DNA of 64,000 bases, from NCBI RefSeq assembly GCF_009914755.1, contig NC_060925.1; one strand, given 5' to 3'. Below are positions 1 to 14,273 of this stretch, piece by piece. Numbering within the stretch: the first letter of the stretch is position 1; every line of letters begins with the position of its first letter. Under the pieces are notes generated by a model, which ran no database searches, had not been told where the DNA came from, and was given only the letters and a program-made list of their open reading frames with translations. The position numbers and the translations under genes were made by a program. This DNA is from the human T2T-CHM13v2.0 reference genome, Homo sapiens.

Positions 1-309
1 TTCACAATGCATTCTCATTTCTCTCAGTGACAGGAGTATCAAAATAAAAATGACTAAAGCCCCATTAGTCACAATATGACCATTTGGAATCTGGATCTTA
101 CATAAAAGTGTTTAAAAACTCAGTTGTTTAATTTTAAATATGAAGTAATACAGCAAATTACTTATCATTCAGCTTCTCTTATTCTTAATAACATAGTAAC
201 TATGATCTTCAGGCAAAACCTTGATAAATTCTTTCCCATAAAATAACCCATAGGAAGTTTTAAAAGTCATGCAATATGGGTACATAAAATAAGGAACCAT
301 TCTCAGACT

Positions 310-780
310 ATGGCAGAGCCTTCCAATTGCTTCCTAGCATCCACTCTCCTCTCTTTCTACCAGAGCCCTGATTATGAGGTGGATACCGACTAAAACACTG
401 CATTTCCAGACTCTCTCCCAGTTAGCTGTGGCAACGTGACCAAATTCCAGCCGATTATTTGTGAGCAGAAGTGATGAGACTTCTAAAATTCTCCTTAAAG
501 GAAAGAGGCACACCCTTCTTTATTCCTTCCTCCTTCCTACTGACCAGAAGGCAAAATAATGGCTGGAGCTCGAGCAGCTATATTGGATTATGAGGATGTA
601 AACTAAGAATGACAGCTAGAAATAGCTCCAATCTCTGATAACCAGGAAGTAGCCAGATCAGCTCTGGACTATCTACATCCAGAATTTACATAAATAGGAA
701 AGAGATACCCATCTGTGTTCTTTTAATCATTGTTTTATTTATTTTTTGTTTTTTTCTGAAGCTGACCAAAACCTAACATA
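310..780. mobile_element. Old MaLR LTR (MLT1H/J-like)
   Basis: Motifs GTGACCAAATTCCAGCC...GAGCAGAAGTGATG and ATGGCTGGAGCT..AGCAGC.ATATTGGA.TATGAGG. Confidence 0.55.
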
Positions 781-1879
781 GTGATAAAGTCATCCCATCA
801 GCCAGAATAAATTCTGAGCAGTTATCAAGAGAAAACTTAAAGTAATGTGAAGAGAAGCCACACTTATAAAGGAAACCAAGAGCTTTCATTATAGCTAGCC
901 TAAAATGAAGTTAATTACCTAAATTGTTCAGTCACCAAGGCTTTGGGAGTTAACATGAGGAGGCTGGTTTTATTGTGTATCATGCCCAGAAGTTCCATGA
1001 TAATTTCAAATTGTTTGCATGTAATTCCCCCCCCAAAACTTGTACAATATTTTGACATTCTTAAAGAGGAGAGGTGACACAGTATCATACTACTGTGTAA
1101 TAAAAATCTGCTCTGCCCTCCTACCGGGTTTACAATACAGATAGTGGCACAGGAAAGCGCTCAGAACAGAAATCAGAATGCTTGAAGCTTACTTAACTCA
1201 CTACAGACCTGGAAAGTTGCTTAAATTTTATAAAGCTTGGTTATAAGGATAATGATAACAGCAGCTCCATTTTCTACGCAGGGAAGTTGGGATAATCAAA
1301 TAAAATAAATGTATGTCAAAGTGTTATTGTTGTTACTAAAATCATTTTGGTGCTCACTTATGTTTCACTGGGAGAAGCACTCTGTTTTCAGTTTTCTGGA
1401 ATAATTACCTTTTAAAAGGGACTCTTTTTTGCCTGCATTAACTTATTTTCTCTACCTTCTCACTTTCATGGTTCTGCAGGATAATTTTATTTTTATGATG
1501 TCTGAGTTTTCATGAGCTACATGTATGCAAATATTTTTAGCTAAAACAATATTATTGAGAATGTGTATTTGGCTAACTCATAACTGCTTATTTTGAAACT
1601 AGCTGAGAAGCACTTGGACTGAGACTGAAAATAAAAATAAATTTATTAACAAATTATAGAAGGCTGTGCAGTTAGAATATGTCACTTGCTGATTGAAATC
1701 CAAGTGCTATATGCAGTAAAATTTCTTCAACCCAGAATCAAGCATCCAGACATTTCACATAGCAGCATTTACTTTGATAGCATTGGCCAGTTATCAATGG
1801 TAGTAAAAATGCCCCTGGACTTACAAAATATTGAAGTGCCTTCTGAATTATCAAAAACATATTACCAGTCAATGGAACC

Positions 1880-2537
<658 letters not shown>

Positions 2538-2772
2538 TTTGAGACAGGGTCTTGTTCTGTTTCCCAGGCTGGAGGGCAGTGGCATAACCACAGCCTCCCA
2601 AGTACCTGGTACTACAAGTACACACTACTACACCTGGCTAATTTTTATGTTTGTAGAGATCGGGTTTCACAGTGTTGCTCAGGCTGTGCTTGAATTTCTG
2701 GGCTCAAGCAATTCTCCCACCTCAGCTTCCCAAAGTGCTGAGATTATACAGGTATGAGCAACTGCACCTGGC
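2538..2772 (-). mobile_element. AluJ-like SINE, internally deleted
   Basis: TTTGAGACAGGGTCT...CTGGGCTCAAGCAATTCTCCCACCTCAGC. Confidence 0.88.
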
Positions 2773-3949
2773 TGGAACTAAAATATTTAACTAACTGATA
2801 TGTACCACTCCACAATCATATAATATGGAGATTAATATTAATGGCAATAAAAACACTAGATTATCTGTGTTTACCTGGAGCAGAATGAAAAATGCTACAA
2901 TTCCGTTTCACAAATAGTGAAGGTAACATTTAATTTCTTGCTCAAAAGAAAGCAGGTTATTTGAATTTATTGTTGAGAACTGCCTTCTGAACGTCATTCA
3001 CTTCATAGGCTTCCTTCCAATGTGCTTCTCATTGACCTTGGGCTTCCATTTGATTAATAATAAAAGTCACCTAACCTTAAACTTCACTCAATTCTTCTCT
3101 CTCAGACACTCACACACATACCATTAGAACTCCCACTCTCCAATACAATCTAGAAAAACAAGACACTCTGCAAGGATATATACTCAGGGCTTGGCCCTAC
3201 CCTCACACTTTTGACAGTCCAAGGAAACATGGAGAAAGAGGAGCTGGCCTGTGCACATTACACTTTGGTTTTACTGCTCCTTTCTTGGAAACCCTACTCA
3301 CTCTCTGCCCACTATCCCCGAGGCTGACTGGTGAGACATTTCCTCTCTTATCCTCTCCTCTCCAAACCCTCAGTCTTCCCTTATGAGCCTGCTTTCTTTC
3401 TTTAATTTTCCACTGCTACTTTCATTACACTCTCTGAGCCAGAATACTAGGGTATAGAGAATATATGTGGAGTGAGACAGGGAGGGAAGGTTTCTAGGGA
3501 GTGAGCACAAGGAGACCCTGACACCAGTCCTTTCTGGGAACTGCAGGGAGATGCATTCCGTGCCTCAGTCTCTGAGGTGGGCCCAGAAGAGAATTTTGAA
3601 ATGGGCTACAATAGCTTCAGGTGTCTGTCTTCTCTTGAGATTCGTTCCCTCCCAGCCCTTCGTGTCTTTCCCAGGTTTTTCCAAAGAAATCCTAACTCTA
3701 ACTCATCATTAAGGCTTAACTGTTCTATGTCCCATTCCTCTATGGCCTTACTAAGTGGCTAGAGGTAATGGAAATAATTATTTATGAGATATGAGAGAGT
3801 GACAGTGATTTACTGTGTTATTACTCAGATAATGCATTTACTTTCTAAGAAGGGCCTTTTGTGTCCTTGCTCAAAGAAATGAAAATTCTTAGATTATAGG
3901 TCTTATGGTGGATCCTATAAGGTTAGGAAAGCTTTTGGAAACCCTTTAA

Positions 3950-4320
3950 ACAATAATAATAGGCTATATTTAATTGGTTATACTAAATATCAAGCACTTT
4001 TCTAAAAGCTTTACACATTTTAGCTCATTTGATGTTCATAGTAATCCCAGAGGAAAGTACTAATACCTTTACAAATGAAAATACTGAGCCCTGAGGAGGG
4101 TGAGTAATTTACCCTCAGTCACACAGCTAGTAAGTAAATGAACTGGGGTTTGAACCCAAGTAGTCTGGCTCCAGAATCCCTGCTCTTTATTCATCCAGAT
4201 AGCTGTCAAACACAGCATCAAGGCTGAAGTTAGTCTGGGAGTCAGAAGGCCTGAGTTCTAGAGCTGGCTCTGCCTCTAAGGAGCTATGCAACTTTGAACA
4301 AGCCACTTAAACTCTCTCAG
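3950..4320. mobile_element. Two MIR fragments in opposite orientations
   Basis: CAGTCACACAGCTAGTAAGT..GGGTTTGAACCCAAG (minus) and GGAGTCAGAAGGCCTGAGTTCTAG..CAAGCCACTTAAACTCTCT (plus). Confidence 0.7.
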
Positions 4321-6454
4321 TTGAACTGAATTTGTGGTTGATATCCTTGTTTTTTTGGAAGCAGAGCGATTTCTTTAAATGAAATCCTAATTAAAAGCCT
4401 GATATACACAACAGATAAAAGGGAGATATTGAGCCTAGGCTGCTGTTATAGCGACCCACATGTTGTTCAAAATTGAACCCTTCACCCCTTACTAAAGATA
4501 GCGCTCTGTTGAACCAGTTGAACTCCTTTTGACTCAATGATCTCTACTGTTTCTTTCAGCTACAGGACCCTATGTAACCAATTGTGTAGACACACCTAGC
4601 AGCTTCATGTCTCAAAATGTGCTCTTTTCTCTACCATGCACTCAGGTGGAAACAGCCTGGTGTTACAGAGAGAAAAGAGGCAACACTTGAGCAACCAAGG
4701 ACATCGATTTCATCATTTTACTTGATTTCCTTTAGGGCTCAACCAAATAAAAGATACTAATTAAAGCCTCACCCTACACTATATATTTCCCTCTGAGAAG
4801 CAGAGATGAGAAATGCAGCTTCTAAGCACTTAGCACAGTGACTACCATCTTCGAAGCATTTGATTAATGATCATCCATGCTAATTTGAATACTATAGCAA
4901 CAGTATAACTAAGACCCAAAACATTTATAACAACATTGCCCTGGGTAGAACTTTTTGAGATTAATTTCATTAGATACTTGAAAATAAATTCAATTAACCT
5001 TGTTTTTCTTCTTCAATAAAATTAGATATGAGGTCCCTCAATGTTAAATTCCCCCCTCTTCTAACAAGTATATCTAGATATAGATCTGGATATACTTACT
5101 TTCTTCCCACTTCCAGATATTCTCTTATGAACCTCACTTCTCTTTTTCTGCATAGTGGAACACATTCAACTTTAAACCATTTGTTTTTCAGTATTACTGT
5201 CCTACGTTTGTTACATATCCCCCACTAAGAAAGCAGATGTATCACAGATGGTGTCCTTGTTAAAGGGAAAACTTCTAGAGAGACAGCGCAAGACTCCTGG
5301 GTCTTTGGTTTGCTTTATAAAGCGCATGTGTATACATGGGACATGGGTGAATATGTCTCTATGATAGAGCTTATGACACCCTAAAAGCTAGAGGAATCAT
5401 GCTATACTCATTTTCTGAGAAATTCACCAAGTATTGAAAAGTGAACTGGTCTTGGGCAGAAGTCTACATTTTGTACAGTTAGGCTAAAATGTCTAACCAT
5501 GTTAGGCTCTCCTTTTGCAGCAGCCCATTAACAAAACTGAGGTGTAGGTGAAGAGGGTTAATAACAAAAAGCTCTGTAGTCTCTGGAGAGCTCAGAAGAA
5601 AGATTTTCAGGAATGACTGGGAGGCTGCTCAGGTGTGCTTTGGAGTTTTCCAGTCTTTGAGATGTGTTACTTGCATTCTTTGCTCCTCGAGGGCATTTGC
5701 ATCCCCACTGTGGTTAAGTATAGTAATAAGCAGAAATTAGAAGCTGAATGCAAACCGAGTGAGTGAAAGAATAAGGGATGCAGTGAACAATAAGAAGAAT
5801 TGATGGAGAAACTGCAGTCTAGTGATATGAACACATGGCAGGAAGCAAAAAGAATTTCTAAATGTGAACAGATCAAAACCCTGTTCAACTTCCTTGTGCC
5901 CCAAAAGGAGGTGGTCAGAAGTTTTCTTCAAAGGCTCTTCGTTCTTGGAAGGAAAGTGTTTTTTCACTCTTTATCAGCCTCTGACTTCATAGCTGTGTTA
6001 CCAAAAGGGCTGGGAGCAAGGATGTGGGTTTAGACCCTGCGGCCAAAGGCTGCTCTGCTCTTTGCCAGTTGCTCTGTTCCTGCCAACCACAGCTACCCTT
6101 CTCTCTTCTAGCCTGGCCGCTCACCTCTCAGCCTGGCCATTCTCCAGCTAGGGCCATTGCAGACATCTGAATTAATCAAAAACTGTCTTCCCTTCATATC
6201 ACCTCAGAAACTTAATATAAGAACGTAAGAAGTGTTGCACCCACTAAGACTAGTAGTTCATTCAATTTAATATTCTCTCCAATGGTGACACCAAGGGACC
6301 TTTACCGGGATGGAAAAAGAGGCATTGTGAATAGCAAGCATGCCAAAAGTTTGGATGCCATTATCTCTAATTTCAGTCCCTAATTATAGTTAACTATTTA
6401 CGGAAACATGTAGTGTATGCTGTATCTATCAATGTGGTAAGTCTGTAAACCTTA

Positions 6455-6750
6455 ATTTTTTTTTTTTTTGAGACAGAGTTTCACTCTTGTCGCCCAGGCT
6501 GCAGTGCAGTAGTGCGATCTTGGCCCGCTGCAACCTCCGCCTCCTGGGTTCAAGTGATTCTCCTGCCTCAGCCTCCGGAGTAGCTGGGAGTACAAGTGTG
6601 CACCACCACGCCCGGCTAATTTTTGTATTTTTAGTAGAGACAGGATTTCCCCATGTTGGCCAACATATTCTTGATCTCCTGACCTTGCGATCCACCCCCC
6701 TCAGCCTCCTAAAGTGCTGGGATTACAGGCGTGAGCCATTGCGACCAGCC
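6455..6750 (-). mobile_element. AluS SINE
   Basis: Full dimer with poly-T; flanking AAA(C/A)CTTAATTTTT duplication. Confidence 0.95.
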
Positions 6751-6829
6751 AAAACTTAATTTTTATAAACTAAAACCTCTTCTGGGACATCATTGCCTTT
6801 TTTTTATTTGTACTATTTTTTTTGGTCAT

Positions 6830-7390
6830 TTAAATCAATTTAATAAGTATTTCTATGTCTACTGTGTATCTATAATTCAAAGCCTTCACATTCTTGGAAG
6901 CTGAAGGTCTGGGGAGGAGAGGAAGTGGGAGGGACTGGGACACTAAGATTAAAATGATGTGTCTTTCATTCAAGAAGGTAACCATCCAGTGGGGGAGCTA
7001 GAATCACCCACAGCTCACTGTAATATAAGTAGAGCAGTGAGAAGTAATCACCGAGGCATAAATGAGGTGTTTATGGATGTACAAAAGAGGGAATCAGTAA
7101 TTCTGAATCAGGCATAAGGAAACAACTCTTAGGGTAGGTGTCATTTGAGCTGGGCTTTAATGAATGAGCAGAATTTTCTTCATTGAAATTAACATTTAAG
7201 CAAAGTAAACACTAGAAACAGAATTGTGAATGTGCATAATGTGTTTGGGGAGAGGATTCAAAAAAGGCTGGTATCAGTGTTGCCAGAAAAAAATTGGAAT
7301 GGTAGATTGGGATTGGTTTACTGAGAGCTTTGAACAAGTTAAAGCTTTTGGGCTTTGTACAGTGGGCAGTGGGGAAGTAGTAAAGGACAC
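6830..7390 (-). mobile_element. L2 LINE fragment
   Basis: TCAATTTAATAAGTATTT tail and GGTGTCATTTGAGCTGGGCTTT..GAATGAGCAGAATTTT. Confidence 0.6.
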
Positions 7391-7879
7391 TCTAAGTCTC
7401 TGCTCTTGAAATAGATAGTCTAGGACACTCTACTATCTCCACTATTCAAATGAGAAAAATGAGATTAGAAGGAGTAAGAAACTCACTCTAAAGAAAGTAT
7501 GAAAGTGATATTTGAGCTGAAGTTTCACTCTAGCGTCCAAATACTACACCTAGTCTTAGTCTTTCTTTAAAAAAATTTTAGAATTATTTTAATTGACAAG
7601 TAAAAATTATAGTAATAACATGAGGTTTTGATATATGTCTTAATCTCAATTTAATTATTTATAAAATAGGAATAATAACAACACTCCCTAGCTAACTAAA
7701 AATTTGATCAAATAAAACTACAGATGGTAAAATGCCTTAGAAAGTACAAAATACTTTTATAAGTGTTCACTATTAATATTATTTTACATTTATCACTATT
7801 CAACTAATATAACTCCTAAATATAGTTCTGGAAAGGAAATTAGTGTTATTTGATGTTAATATTGTCTATAAATGATTGC

Positions 7880-8070
7880 ATTCCTACTGGGCTTTATATA
7901 TACGTATTATCTCATTTCCTTGCTATCTTGTGAAATAGGTGTTGTTATCTCCAATTTATAGATGAGTAAACAGAGGCTGAAAGAGATTAAAACCTACTCA
8001 GTCACACAGCTGGTAAGTCAAGAACCATACTTCAAATTTATGTCTTTAAATCCCCAAATCCCTTCCATAA
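7880..8070 (-). mobile_element. MIR
   Basis: TTATAGATGAGTAAACAGAGGCT..GTCACACAGCTGGTAAGT core. Confidence 0.75.
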
Positions 8071-8449
8071 GGCTACTCATTGCCTTCCTTATTGATGATG
8101 CTATAAACCTTGGAGTTTACAGTGGCACACTGAAATGACGTCTTCAGGGAACAATTAATGATGCCAGAAATTTCAGCATTTCCAACAAAGATGTGAGTGT
8201 CTGGTTTTTTGTGCTTTAAAAGAGATGTAACTCTTTCTAATCCTGTTAAGAATTAGGTTGAATAGTTAAGTAGTAATTAGGCTTGACTTACCTAAAAAAA
8301 AAATACCCATTCTATCCTACTCTCTGAGACAAAATAATGTCTTTAAGAATAATTTTACTGTTGATTTAAAAAAACTTCCCTGTTTAAGTAATGGTATTGG
8401 TTCCTTATAATTATTTTAAACTTTAAAATCTTCCCTAAACATTTACTGA

Positions 8450-9331
<882 letters not shown>

Positions 9332-9862
9332 TTATGAAACTTAAAAATATATACATAACAGGTTAGATAATATTGTACAAAAATTTGGTGATTGTTATTC
9401 ATGATAGATTTATTCTTCTGAAATATGTGTATATTTTACACATAGCAAAAAATGATCAGAATAGATAATAAGCAGAGTTTGATCAAATTCATATTGTTGG
9501 CAGACTTTCATATTCGATGAAGTCAATCCAATAATCCAATTATAATTGTTATTAATGACCACCAGATATTCTGATTTAATTATTGGAAAGTAATTGCTGT
9601 AGCTCTTTTTAAAAAAACATTTTTGCTGTTTTATGAGTAGTTTTCCAAAAATGTTGTAAACTGATAAAGTGAACATAGAAATCATGAAATTCTAGCTTTG
9701 AGATTAGGGTCAACAACAATGCATTTAGTGACACATAAAGCAGAATATAAGCCACATCTGAAGAGGTTGAAAGCAGAACACTAAGCTCAGCAGCTATATT
9801 CAGACAAATCTTTCTCTTTTACACCAATTCCAATATTGTAGCCATAGTATGACTGTTTTGAG

Positions 9863-10080
9863 ACATAGAATCATAAAATCCTGAGTTGGAAGAAGACTTA
9901 AAGAAGATATTTGTATTCCATCCATCTACAGCAAACTCCCTAGTGGTTTTCTGGTATGTGCTTGAATATTTGAAGTGACAGGGAACTCATTATTGCTTAA
10001 GGTCAGCCCTGCCACCTTAGGGCACATTGGTTTAGCACCTTTCTAGATTAAGTCAGACTCTTTCTCTCTGTAGCTTCTTA
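9863..10080 (-). mobile_element. L3/CR1 3' end fragment
   Basis: CATAGAATCATAAAATCCTGAGTTGGAAG...GCTTGAATAT..AGTGACAGGGAACTCA. Confidence 0.55.
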
Positions 10081-10906
10081 GTCCGCCCTTCAGGGCATAT
10101 GAAATAAATCTCTATTTAATGTGACACTCCTTCATGCATTTGAGAGAATCTCACCATGGTTCTTAGATGCAGTCAGGTTTGAAGGGAAATTTACAAAGAC
10201 AAATATTTGAAAGAATATTAATCAAAACCATAACAATGATTAAGTTTGAGTGGTGAAGTATAGGGAATTTTTCTTTGGTCCTCGTGCTTTCCTGTATTGC
10301 TTAAATTTTATACATGAATATATATTCTAATTACAATGAAAGAAAATGTAGAGCGATTTACACTTTGGGAAAGCTATTTAAGTCCTAAATGCAATCAGTG
10401 AAAACTGAGACTTCGCTCTGAAGAATGAGAGAATCTGAAATCTGAAATCTGCAAGTGATAAACCTCAATGTCCCCACAACCTAGACCCACATGATAGAAG
10501 CTCATTAAAAATGTGAATATGACTAAATAAATCAACAAATCATTCATTTAATTGGTGGTCAAAATCTACTTGGAGACACAGTCATCACTTGGGAAGTAAC
10601 AGCTCCACTAAGAACCAAGTTGTTACTGCTGTGAATCCAAGTACTAAGAGGAAAAGAATCACTTCCATCCTAATTCAAATTGATTTAATGCCCCTTTTAA
10701 TTGTGTATTTCTCAAATACATCACAGTCCGGAAATTCTCTGGTAGTTCTGTTTGTGACTTTACAGCTAGAGATGAACTGAGGTACTCAGAAATAAATTAC
10801 TGTTTTGCTTGAATCTCGATACATCTATGAAAATTTTGCACAGGGAACGACGATGGTGCTTATTATGATGATGGTGGATAAGTACCATATTTAAAATCTG
10901 GCGTGT

Positions 10907-11082
10907 GGCTGGGCACGGTGGCTCACGCCTGTAATCCCAGCACTTCAGGAGGCCGAGGAGGGCGGATCACGAGGTCAGGAGATCGAGACCATCGTGGCTA
11001 ACACGGTGAAACCCCTTCTCTACCAAAAAACAAAAAATTAGCTGGGCGTGGTGGCGGGCGCCTGTAGTCCCAGCTACTCGGG
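10907..11082 (+). mobile_element. AluY/Sc-like SINE, 3'-truncated
   Basis: Left arm, linker and ~45 nt of right arm; stops at CTACTCGGG with no poly(A). Confidence 0.9.
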
Positions 11083-12219
11083 TTGAATTCATTCAAATAA
11101 ATGTCAATTGACCCCAGAGATGCCTGAGAACTGTTGACTATTGTCACACTTACATTGAAATATTCAAAAGACAATGTACAAAATAAGACTAAAGATAAAC
11201 ATCAAGATGTACAAATTTTTCCACTTTATATATCTATGGATAAGTTGCATTCTGAATTCATTTAGTGATAATAATAGAATTAGAGTTTGGAGACGCTGAG
11301 ATTTTGTTTCCTTGAACAAAATGTTTTGCACAGTTCTAATCAGTCTGATCAGTTCTGTGGAAATCAGAGAGCAGTCAGTTGAAGAGAAAACTGGTGAATG
11401 AATAAAATATCAAATGCATCAAATAGATTTCACCTGTTAGCAGAAAGGGATGGAAAACTCAGAAACAGGGGGCAAGAATTTTTCTTTCTGAAAGACAAAA
11501 TGTGCTCCACTCAAACTGCATTGTATTTTCCCAGAAGAAGCTAAAGCAAATTTCAAAATTAAGCAGGGAGAGATGATAATCAGAATAGTTTCACTGATGA
11601 CAAATGGTCTGCCCTAGGTCCTGAATTTTCTACAGTCTCTTAGGAGTTCCTCTGTAACTAGGAAGCACAAGTATCTTCTGCTTTTCAGTAAGCATTCTCC
11701 CAAATTACAAGTCCGAGAGGACGGGTAAAAGGAAAAATAAAAAAAGAGACAAAAGCCAATAGGGCCAAAAGAGATGTATTCTTAGTAACCCAAATTGTGA
11801 TAAACTCTTGGCTTTAGCAAAAACCACAGGCCTGTGTGGAAGTAGAAGTGCAGTTTTTCTGTACAACCATCTGCTGCCAGGAAACCAATAGTTTCTCCAC
11901 TGCAGAAGTGGTCCTGGATCAAACAAGGAAGGATCTAAATGTTTGCAGTCATGTGCACACACCTAGATTGGACATATGGACCTTCACATTTTTTGCTGAG
12001 AATCTTGTTTGCTTAATCTAATCAGCACTCTTAGAAAAGCTGCCTCACCACTGCTCCCCAAAATTATTTCTGGTGGTTTGAAAATGTCCAGACATTGATA
12101 ATAGAGTCAAAGCCTTTCTTCCATGGGGTTTTAAACAAACCCTCGAAGATAAACTTGAAGCTTCTGAAACTAATCACAGTAGTAATTATTTGCTCATGGA
12201 TAACACATGATTATATTCT

Positions 12220-12400
12220 AAACCCAAGTCAGGTGTGAACCCCAGCTTTATTTCTCATTAACTGTTGTGTATTTGGTCAAGTGACTTTTCTTCCACAAAC
12301 CCCAGTTTCCTTATCTGGAAAGTGCTGATAACACCTACCTGCTGTCATTGACATGAGAATTTGATAACATACGAAAAGTGTAGGTGCTCATAAAATGGTA
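12220..12400 (+). mobile_element. MIR
   Basis: CAAGTGACTT..CAGTTTCCTTATCTGGAAAGTG. Confidence 0.6.
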
Positions 12401-13977
12401 TCTGCCACTATGGTCATTATCACCAGTTCAAATTTCTTTAAAACGTTGTTAGTGTTCATGTGTCCCTGAAAGCATTCTCTTTCCATTTCTGGGAGTTTGG
12501 TTACTTAACATCCTTTACTATTAAGAAGCTCATTTTAAAGCAGATGTGGTCAAAATGAGTGAATAATTCAAGAAGGATGAAGACATGGGATCTAGACAAA
12601 GGACTATCAATATAAATAAAAGAGGCAAAAGGATGAATAGCAGAGAAAACCAGAAAAATGTTAGACTCCCAAAGTGGGTAAAGATTATCAGATAGGTTTG
12701 GGCACTTGGAAGACTATTAAGATTTAGCCACTGTTCCAAAGCAAACTTAAGCAAATTCAAAACTTGATGAGTTCGTAACTCTAGAAAAAAAGAGAAATGT
12801 ATTCAAGAAAAGAAACATAATTACAGTACTACTGATTCCTCAGTGAAGGATATTTTCATTATCATGAAAATGCAAACATTGAATGTTGATTTAATGAAAG
12901 TCAGTTATAACTATAATGGGAGAATGGGTGAGGAGAGAGCTAAATCCAGCAAAATAGAAAATCAGCATATAATGTCTATAAAGTTGATTGAGTGTGAGAT
13001 AACAATATATTATTTAAAATTATGGTGTCATATGCTAGAAAAAACATTGAAAAAATAAGCTGAAAGGAGTAGCCACTGGAAAGCAGGTGGTCTAGGGGTA
13101 GGGTTAGAATGGGGACTGTGGGTTTCATGCATGATAAGCCTTTCAGCACTATTTGACTTTTTAAAGAGATGCACATAGTATTTTAATAAAAATTTATGAA
13201 AAAAGAAAAGAAATACACATTTGAGGTATAACAGATATCTCTCTTGCTCCTTCACACACACACAAATAAGCACAAGTGTATAAAAATCTATGTAACTTAC
13301 TCTTTGTTACAAGAGTTCCTTAGCCACAAATAAATGAATATCCATCATTTAACAATTAAAGGCATAGGATTTAGCAGTTAGGATGAAGAGTAAAGCAAAA
13401 GGAGGCAGAAAATCTTAACAAATGGAAGACATGGTACCTGTATTCAAGGATTTTGCAATTTGGTTGAGAAAAGAAATCCATCTCATTCAGGAGAAAGAGT
13501 GGGAACCTGAAATTTCTTTTTGGAGAAAAAAAGAATCTATACTTTTGAGTCTTGCTATTTTTGTCTCCTAGAGTTTTCCTGTGAGCTGTTTTCCAGGACT
13601 CAGAAGAGAAAAGCTTATCTGTGTTTAGCTGACAAGACCACCTTCATGACATTTCCAGAGAGAAAGGAGAATCATGGCTTTTCAGTGAGAAGATACCACA
13701 TAGAAATATCATCCCCTTATTTTACAGATGAGGTACTAAGCCTAAAAGAAGCTGTGTATTTTTCCCAAGTTCACACATCCTGTCTGTGACAAGAACCAGC
13801 TTTCTAACGTCACTTGTGTGTTCTGGTGAATGTGCGATTGCCCAATACTAAACTGGGAAGTCTGTAGTAAACATGAGATGAGAACAATCATAATTAATTT
13901 TCTAATATTGTTCAATTAATGAAATGAATATAACAAAGTAACACTAACCACTTGTATAGCACTTTCAAGTGTCTTTA

Positions 13978-14273
13978 CTGGGTGCAAAGCCTCATACCTG
14001 TAATCCCAGCACTTTGGGAGGCTAAGACAGGAGGAATGCTTGAGGCCAGGAGTTTAAGACCAGCCTGGGCAACACAGTGAGACCTGTTTCTAAAAACAAT
14101 AAAAAATAAAAAAAATAAGCCTAGTGAGGTGTCGCATGCCTGTAGTCCCAGCCACTGGGGAGGCTGAGGTGGGAGGATCACTTAAGCCAGGAGGCTGAGG
14201 CTGCAACGAGTTATGATCACACCATGGCACTCTAGCCTTCGGGACAGAGTAAGACCCTATCTCTTAAAAAAAA
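13978..14273 (+). mobile_element. AluJ SINE
   Basis: GAGGCCAGGAGTTTAAGACCAGCCTGGGCAACA; GAGGTGGGAGGATCACTT. Confidence 0.93.
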
